Origin: a virus
Virus record (IMG/VR): IMGVR_UViG_3300021591_000018
Span: 1 to 64,000 of that record
Length of the DNA stretch: 64,000 bases
Direction: 5' to 3' (one strand)
Below are positions 58,448 through 64,000 of the stretch, in pieces (within the stretch, counting starts at the first letter, position 1; the number at the start of each line of letters is the position of its first letter). A program made the position numbers and the translations under genes. A model generated the notes under the pieces. It made no database searches and was not told the DNA's origin. It worked only from the letters and a program-made list of their open reading frames with translations.

Positions 58448-60984
58448 TCGATCCGAGAGAGAAAACCATCAAGATACTAAAAGCATTAGAAGACCCTGTC
58501 TACTTCTGTGAAGACGAGTACTTTCTCGGTGCGAAGCTCTACCCGAAGCAAGCTGAGGTGCTACGGAAGTTCTATAACGGTGGATACAATGAACTTGTAC
58601 TCATCGCCGGGATGAGATGTCTTTCACCAGAAACCATCATCTACACAAACCCGTATCCAAAGCCGCTGAAGGAGTTGAACGAGGACGACCTTGTTCTTAC
58701 GTTCCGTAACGGTAAATTCGAGTGGTGCAGATGCCAACTCATACGTCAACGCGCACGTATGGTCTACCGTCTTGTAACGTACTCAGGACGTGAAATCTAC
58801 GCAACTGAGAATCACCCGATTCTAACGTCGAGAGGCTGGATGACGGTTTCATCAATGCTCGAATCGACCTCGTTACCTTACGTTGCAATGTGCCACAAAG
58901 TTCCTCCACCACTTCACCCAATACACGATCCAGATTATGCGACTGCTGTTGCCCTATTCCTCTCAGAGGGTTGCTGGATAACTTCGACTCCACTCTTCTC
59001 GAATCGTGACCCTGAGCTGATCGACACTTTGCGAACTGTACTAAAACGTCGATTTAATGGAGAGTTACGTGGAGGACCGAAGGACTTTCGCATCATAAGT
59101 AAACAATTCCGTGAGGAGCTACATGAACTAAAAGGCAAGAAGTCCGCTGAGAAGTTCATCCCAAAGAGAGTCTTCGAACTTGACGATGAAAGTCTTAAGA
59201 AATTCATCTACTACTTCTGGAGAGGTGACGGTGGAATCGAAGGTGGTAAAGTTCACTTCTACAGCACAAGCAAGCGCTTACTGCAACAGCTACAATTTCT
59301 CCTCCTCCGATTCGGGATACGTAGCTACTTACGTAGACGTCCACAGTACAAATACTACAAACGTGCGCACCCAGAAATGAAGAGTACGAATGAGAGTTAC
59401 GATCTCGTCGTACATGACGACATTTCAACGATCATTCCTGAGGCACCAAGGTGTCAACATAATGGCACATCACCAATGGATAAAATCGGACTCAAGTTAA
59501 GAGACCTTCGAGAAATTTGTGAAACCTCACTCTGGAAGCTACGTCAGCTTATGTGTACGAACACAAAGAACACCATAAGCTTAAAGAATGCACGTAAGAT
59601 TGCTCATCTCATACCAATGTTCGGATGGGAAGACGTTTACTTCGAACCAATCGTTAGGATCGAGCCTATCGGAGTTCGTGAGACGTACGACTTATCTGTA
59701 CCTCATGAAGGTCATGCATTCGTCGCGAATGGTATCATCGTTCATAACAGTGGCAAGACATTTCTCGCTTCTTGTTTCGCAGCTTACGAGGCGTTCAAGC
59801 TCTTGATTAAGCCTGACCCAGCTGCCTACTACAACCTGGCTCCAGGTAGTCCGATCTTCATTGTCGTAGTTGCGACTTCTGAGAAGCAGGCTTACGATAC
59901 GATATTCAACGAAATTAAACAAAAGTTAATGAGAAGTCCGTTCTTCCGTGAGTATCATCCACGATTCCTCATGAACGAAATCATCTTCCAGTCAAAGAAT
60001 GTACGCATACTCTGTGGTACGTCTTCATCTGCCTCATTAGTAGGTCGAAACGTTAAGTTAGCGATTTTTGACGAGCTGGCTCGATTCGAAGAGTCAACCA
60101 GTAAGAGAGGAGCTTGGGAAGTTTACACGTCATTGAAACGTTCAACTGCAACCTTTGGAAAGGAGGGCTACTGCATTTCGATTTCCTCGATCCGTCATCC
60201 AAATGACATTATGATGACTCTCTATCGTCAAGCTCAGACTAACCCAAGGATGTTCGCACTTAAGTTTGCCACGTGGGAGTTCAACCCAAACTTCAAACTC
60301 GAGGACTTTAAGTTCGAACTTCAACGAGACCCACTTGCATTCTGGAGAGACTTCGGTTCGAAGCCGTTTGCTGGTCAAGCACCCTTCTTCGCTAACATTG
60401 ACGTCGTACCCTTCGATAGCAGTATACCAAACAACCTTGAGCTGCTCGCACGTGGAGAGAAGACCTACTTCAATGAGGAGGCAACCTATGTCTTGGCTGG
60501 TGACCCTGCTATTCGCCATGATGCATTCGGACTCGCTATCGTCCATGAAGTTGAACCTGGTCAGTACGTTTGCGACGGACTTTACCGTTTCAAACCAATG
60601 GGGACCGACCTTTCTCCAGTCGAGATAAAGAACTTCATCCTTCGCGTACTTGACCACTGTAACGTCATAACTGCAGTTTTCGACACCTGGAACTTCCCAG
60701 AACTACAGGAGGAAATTCGCTCACATGGTGTCGAAGTGCTCAACCACATCGTCCGTAAGGAAGATTACGATCGCTTCAAAGAATTCTGTTTCAAACGGTG
60801 CATCCGAATATGTGACTATCCAATTCTTCGTCAGGAACTCGAACAACTTCAAATTGTCAATGTCAAGAGGGTTGATCACCCACCTGGTGGAAGCAAAGAC
60901 GTTGCCGATGCATTAGTCAATGCTCTATGGGCGATTTCCGAATTTCAACCTGAGCTACCGTTGAACGTGGCGGTGATCGTATGA
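58444..60984 (+). CDS. Terminase large subunit containing an intein
   Basis: LYPKQ; AGMR|SGKT Walker A split by the intein; IFDELA Walker B; GDPA...D; DHPPGGSKDVADA nuclease end. Confidence 0.92.
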   Translation: MIDPREKTIKILKALEDPVYFCEDEYFLGAKLYPKQAEVLRKFYNGGYNELVLIAGMRCLSPETIIYTNPYPKPLKELNEDDLVLTFRNGKFEWCRCQLIRQRARMVYRLVTYSGREIYATENHPILTSRGWMTVSSMLESTSLPYVAMCHKVPPPLHPIHDPDYATAVALFLSEGCWITSTPLFSNRDPELIDTLRTVLKRRFNGELRGGPKDFRIISKQFREELHELKGKKSAEKFIPKRVFELDDESLKKFIYYFWRGDGGIEGGKVHFYSTSKRLLQQLQFLLLRFGIRSYLRRRPQYKYYKRAHPEMKSTNESYDLVVHDDISTIIPEAPRCQHNGTSPMDKIGLKLRDLREICETSLWKLRQLMCTNTKNTISLKNARKIAHLIPMFGWEDVYFEPIVRIEPIGVRETYDLSVPHEGHAFVANGIIVHNSGKTFLASCFAAYEAFKLLIKPDPAAYYNLAPGSPIFIVVVATSEKQAYDTIFNEIKQKLMRSPFFREYHPRFLMNEIIFQSKNVRILCGTSSSASLVGRNVKLAIFDELARFEESTSKRGAWEVYTSLKRSTATFGKEGYCISISSIRHPNDIMMTLYRQAQTNPRMFALKFATWEFNPNFKLEDFKFELQRDPLAFWRDFGSKPFAGQAPFFANIDVVPFDSSIPNNLELLARGEKTYFNEEATYVLAGDPAIRHDAFGLAIVHEVEPGQYVCDGLYRFKPMGTDLSPVEIKNFILRVLDHCNVITAVFDTWNFPELQEEIRSHGVEVLNHIVRKEDYDRFKEFCFKRCIRICDYPILRQELEQLQIVNVKRVDHPPGGSKDVADALVNALWAISEFQPELPLNVAVIV
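58618..59748 (+). mobile_element. Intein with LAGLIDADG homing endonuclease (377 aa)
   Basis: Starts CLSPET; block B ATENHPIL; LFLSEG and FWRGDGG; TYDLSV; ends IIVHN followed by S. Confidence 0.95.
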
Positions 60985-62447
60985 GTGCGATAAGACGTTT
61001 CCTGGCCCGTTTGACTGGTTCTAGTTCCAGTATGCCTGTTATAACTCAGTCGATGATACGGTTTCCATCCTTAAGACCGCTAAAGGAGATTCTTGACAAA
61101 CTCAATCGGATCTCAAACAAGTTCGAACTGTACCGGACTCTAAAGGAACTGGACCCTGAGCTTTACGGTGCTATCGACCGAATTGCAAAGATGGTTCGCT
61201 ACTCCTATCAGGGAGTCTTCGTACACGTTGGACGTGAACTCAGCGAGACTGAACAGGAGCTTCAGCGAATTGCTCGTGAGTTTGCTGAGGAGCACGACCT
61301 TAAGTCAAAATTCTACACAGTTGCCGACTACCTCTTAACCTACGGGAACTACGTAGCGGTAACTAAGTTCCAGAAAGGTGCTGGTCTGGTCGCCTATCAG
61401 ACGCTACCGATCGAACATCTTACAATTGTTGAGAAGAAGGAGCAAATCGGTGATCCAACTGCACAAGTATTCGAATCGAACATCTACGTTCTCAATGAGA
61501 CGTCGATGGACAAACAGAAGACATGGCCAGCTGACCAGATTCTCCACATCGCTTTGAATCGAGAAGGTTCCGTATTCCACGACATAACTGGCCGTTACAC
61601 CTTCGGTGTGTGGGGCACCAGTCCAATCGAGCCACTGAAAGTCAAACTCCTCTGGAAGCTCTCTACCATCTACAACGACATACTGATACGTCAGCGACTT
61701 ATCCCACGTGAACACCACAAACTTGACCTACGTGCATTTGACCCACGGTACTTCCCAGGTACAACCATGCAGGAGAAGTACAACAATGCACGAAAAGCAG
61801 CCCTTGACTTCATTAACGAGTACAAGACTAACATCGCGAAGATAACCGAACCTGACAGAAGCTACATCACCTCGAAGGACGTCGAAATCGAATTCGTCGA
61901 GCCGAAGAAAGTCACGTACGTTTCACCGAACGAACTCATCGAGCAGATCGACCTGTCTATCTTCTCAGTCATTGGTCCAGTCGAAACCGCGGTCACTGGA
62001 CGCAGTCGACGGACGTATGCAACAGAACTGATCGTTGCCTCGTATGCAGTGTTAGTTGCCGAAACTCTCGCTGACATTATCAAGGCCGAGTTCTTGAAGC
62101 TTATCAAACGTCACATACGACTCAAGTACGGCTCACGATTCAGTGAGGAAGATTTAAACAAGATCGACATTAAGGTGCGACTGACATTGGACGTACTACG
62201 TGGTGAAATTATCCGTCAGGTAGCCGTGCTAGCACAACTCGGTCTCTGTACGACTGACGAACTACGTGCCATGATTGGTCTCGAGCCACTTACCGAGGAT
62301 CAGATCCCACATGTCGTTACGAAGACTGGTCGTGCTGGACAGTACGTTCAGACACCTGCCGACGTCACGAGAGATGTAACAAAGCGAGTCAAACCGATTC
62401 CTCAGCCTTTAACACCTGAAAGTCGACGTGAGCGACAGGTGACGTAA
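60981..62447 (+). CDS. Portal protein
   Basis: 488 aa directly after TerL; LLTYGN, ILHI, WGTSPIEPL, TDELRAMIGLEP. Confidence 0.8.
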   Translation: MSAIRRFLARLTGSSSSMPVITQSMIRFPSLRPLKEILDKLNRISNKFELYRTLKELDPELYGAIDRIAKMVRYSYQGVFVHVGRELSETEQELQRIAREFAEEHDLKSKFYTVADYLLTYGNYVAVTKFQKGAGLVAYQTLPIEHLTIVEKKEQIGDPTAQVFESNIYVLNETSMDKQKTWPADQILHIALNREGSVFHDITGRYTFGVWGTSPIEPLKVKLLWKLSTIYNDILIRQRLIPREHHKLDLRAFDPRYFPGTTMQEKYNNARKAALDFINEYKTNIAKITEPDRSYITSKDVEIEFVEPKKVTYVSPNELIEQIDLSIFSVIGPVETAVTGRSRRTYATELIVASYAVLVAETLADIIKAEFLKLIKRHIRLKYGSRFSEEDLNKIDIKVRLTLDVLRGEIIRQVAVLAQLGLCTTDELRAMIGLEPLTEDQIPHVVTKTGRAGQYVQTPADVTRDVTKRVKPIPQPLTPESRRERQVT

Positions 62448-62448
62448 G

Positions 62449-64000
62449 ATGAAAATCACCTTCCTTGGTACGAAGGGCTTCATCGAGGAAAGTAGTTCAG
62501 ACCATAAGTATCACTCGTCTATTCTGATTGAGCGTGGCAACACACGTCTGCTCATCGACTACGGTCGACTTCACCCGAAGTCACTTGACGAGATTAAGCC
62601 GACACATATCCTTTTGACTCACGGTCATCCTGACCATTGCTTCGGTTTCCGTGACGAGACAGAAGATGGCATTGATGTCTATATGCTTGACCGTGTCTGG
62701 AATAGTTTACCGGAGAAAGTCCGTGAGAAGCTCGACCACAAGCCCTTCCATATGCACCACTGGGAGAAGATCGGTGACCTCGAAGTCTACGCATTTCCTG
62801 TCAGTCACTCGATCGACTTTCCGACAAACGGGTTCCTCATTCGTAACGACAAGACTGTTTGTTACTGCCCGGACGTTTTGTCGATAACTAATCGAAAGTT
62901 AATTCTCAGGAATGCCGACATTTACATTGGTGACGGCTCTTACATCACTGATAAGCCTGGTCGTGTACGCTACCATAAGGAAACTGGACGACCATACGGT
63001 CATGCACTCATACGTGATCAGGTCAAGTGGTGTGCTCAATCCGACGTACCGATAGTCATCTTTACTCATTTTGGAAAAGAGGCAGTTGAACATCCCGATA
63101 AGCTTAAGGAACATCTCAAAAACCTCTCGAAGGAGTTTGATGTTAAGGTTATGGAGGCGAAAGATGGTATGACAATCGATACGACTAAGCTCGGACAGCC
63201 CGGAATCTACCTCGTCCCACCTCATGCAAGACTTATCACTGAGGGAAAGAAGACAGCCATTGTGAGTACACGTCCATGCCCAAAGCAGTACCTCGACGTT
63301 CCGATACATTTGATCGAGGACAAGAAATCCTACGGGTTGATCCGAATAACAGAATGCCACGGTCCACTTGACGCAGAGTTTGTACGGACACAACTTCGTC
63401 ACCGACACCAAATCACGGATCGTGAATGGAGAGACTGGTGGCCTGATGCTAAGCAAGTCTACGTTTACGACTTCAAAATCGATAGGCTCTGGGACGAGCC
63501 AGTTCCAGTTGAGGTACCGCAAGGTATTCAAAAGTGGATACGCGACGTCAGGGTCAACCTTGCTGAACTTACAGCATACGCACTTGACGAGGAGGGCAAC
63601 CTGACAAAGTTCGGTCAGGCGAAACAGTACAGAGTAAACGGTAAGACTATCGAAATCATAGGTTCAGGAGTCGAACGTGCGAAGAAGCTTGTCGAGATGG
63701 GTGTTAAGAAGGTCATCTGTGCAGCTATTGGTGAGGCCTCACGGACCGTTCTCGAACAGAACGGAGTTAAGGTTGAGGTTCGTGCCTCGCTTATCAAACC
63801 TGAACGTGTGAAGGAAGTTCTGAAGCATCCTGAACTACTCAAGGAGTGGACCGATGAACAACTATTGGACGACCACCGTATCTGCCATCTATGGGCAGGA
63901 AAGAACTGGAAGACGTTGCCTCACGACTTGACCAAAGAAGAGGTCAAACGCTTCCACGATCTGTTAGTCGAGGAAATGAACCGTCGCGGTATGGAGCATA
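62449..64000 (+). CDS. Multidomain protein (3'-truncated): metallo-beta-lactamase fold, ASCH-like, NifX/MTH1175-like and further domains
   Basis: Not in track. Frame is open to the window end: MKITFLGT...LIDYG...THGHPDH...VSHS...IFTHFG; GIYLVPPHARLITEGKKTAIV; GVKKVICAAIGEASRTVLEQNGV; LLDDHRICH...HDLLVEEMNRRG. Confidence 0.8.
   Translation, partial: MKITFLGTKGFIEESSSDHKYHSSILIERGNTRLLIDYGRLHPKSLDEIKPTHILLTHGHPDHCFGFRDETEDGIDVYMLDRVWNSLPEKVREKLDHKPFHMHHWEKIGDLEVYAFPVSHSIDFPTNGFLIRNDKTVCYCPDVLSITNRKLILRNADIYIGDGSYITDKPGRVRYHKETGRPYGHALIRDQVKWCAQSDVPIVIFTHFGKEAVEHPDKLKEHLKNLSKEFDVKVMEAKDGMTIDTTKLGQPGIYLVPPHARLITEGKKTAIVSTRPCPKQYLDVPIHLIEDKKSYGLIRITECHGPLDAEFVRTQLRHRHQITDREWRDWWPDAKQVYVYDFKIDRLWDEPVPVEVPQGIQKWIRDVRVNLAELTAYALDEEGNLTKFGQAKQYRVNGKTIEIIGSGVERAKKLVEMGVKKVICAAIGEASRTVLEQNGVKVEVRASLIKPERVKEVLKHPELLKEWTDEQLLDDHRICHLWAGKNWKTLPHDLTKEEVKRFHDLLVEEMNRRGMEH

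Noticed and set aside
62594-63842. Several short track ORFs on both strands
   Set aside because: All are shadows of the uninterrupted ORF starting at 62449.
1-64000. Apparent abundance of TCGA/GTAC/ACGT palindromes
   Set aside because: Visual impression only; needs a Markov-normalised k-mer count, which I cannot run.

Overview
A 64-kb piece of a large head-tailed (Caudoviricetes-type) virus of an anaerobic archaeon. The host is most likely TACK/Thermoproteota-type, judged from eS30, TBP, Spt5, an XPF-type nuclease, GGTGA SD motifs and TTTAAATA TATA boxes. Layout: (+) tail module (1-13.4 kb) ending in two tetrapeptide-repeat proteins and two radical SAM/SPASM enzymes; (-) a long replication/modification/early arm (13.3-57.8 kb) with the 7-deazaguanine pathway (queC, folE, queE, queD, a TGT/DpdA-like gene), MCM-like ATPase, ERCC4 and Cas4-like nucleases, PolB, SSB, TBP, eS30, RNase H, NrdD, a Panacea antitoxin, MoxR-VWA, Spt5 and many small paralogous ORFs; (+) packaging module (TerS, intein-split TerL, portal, multidomain MBL-fold protein). 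Three observations stand out. (1) A 269-nt intron with a perfect bulge-helix-bulge junction splits the Walker A motif of a viral ATPase gene; splicing restores GPPEVGKT. (2) A 1163-nt stretch (56673-57835) has no G on the + strand yet encodes four C-free genes on the - strand. (3) The tail locus carries a pair of radical SAM enzymes with strictly 4-periodic candidate substrate proteins. All product calls are from motif recognition by eye; no database searches were run.
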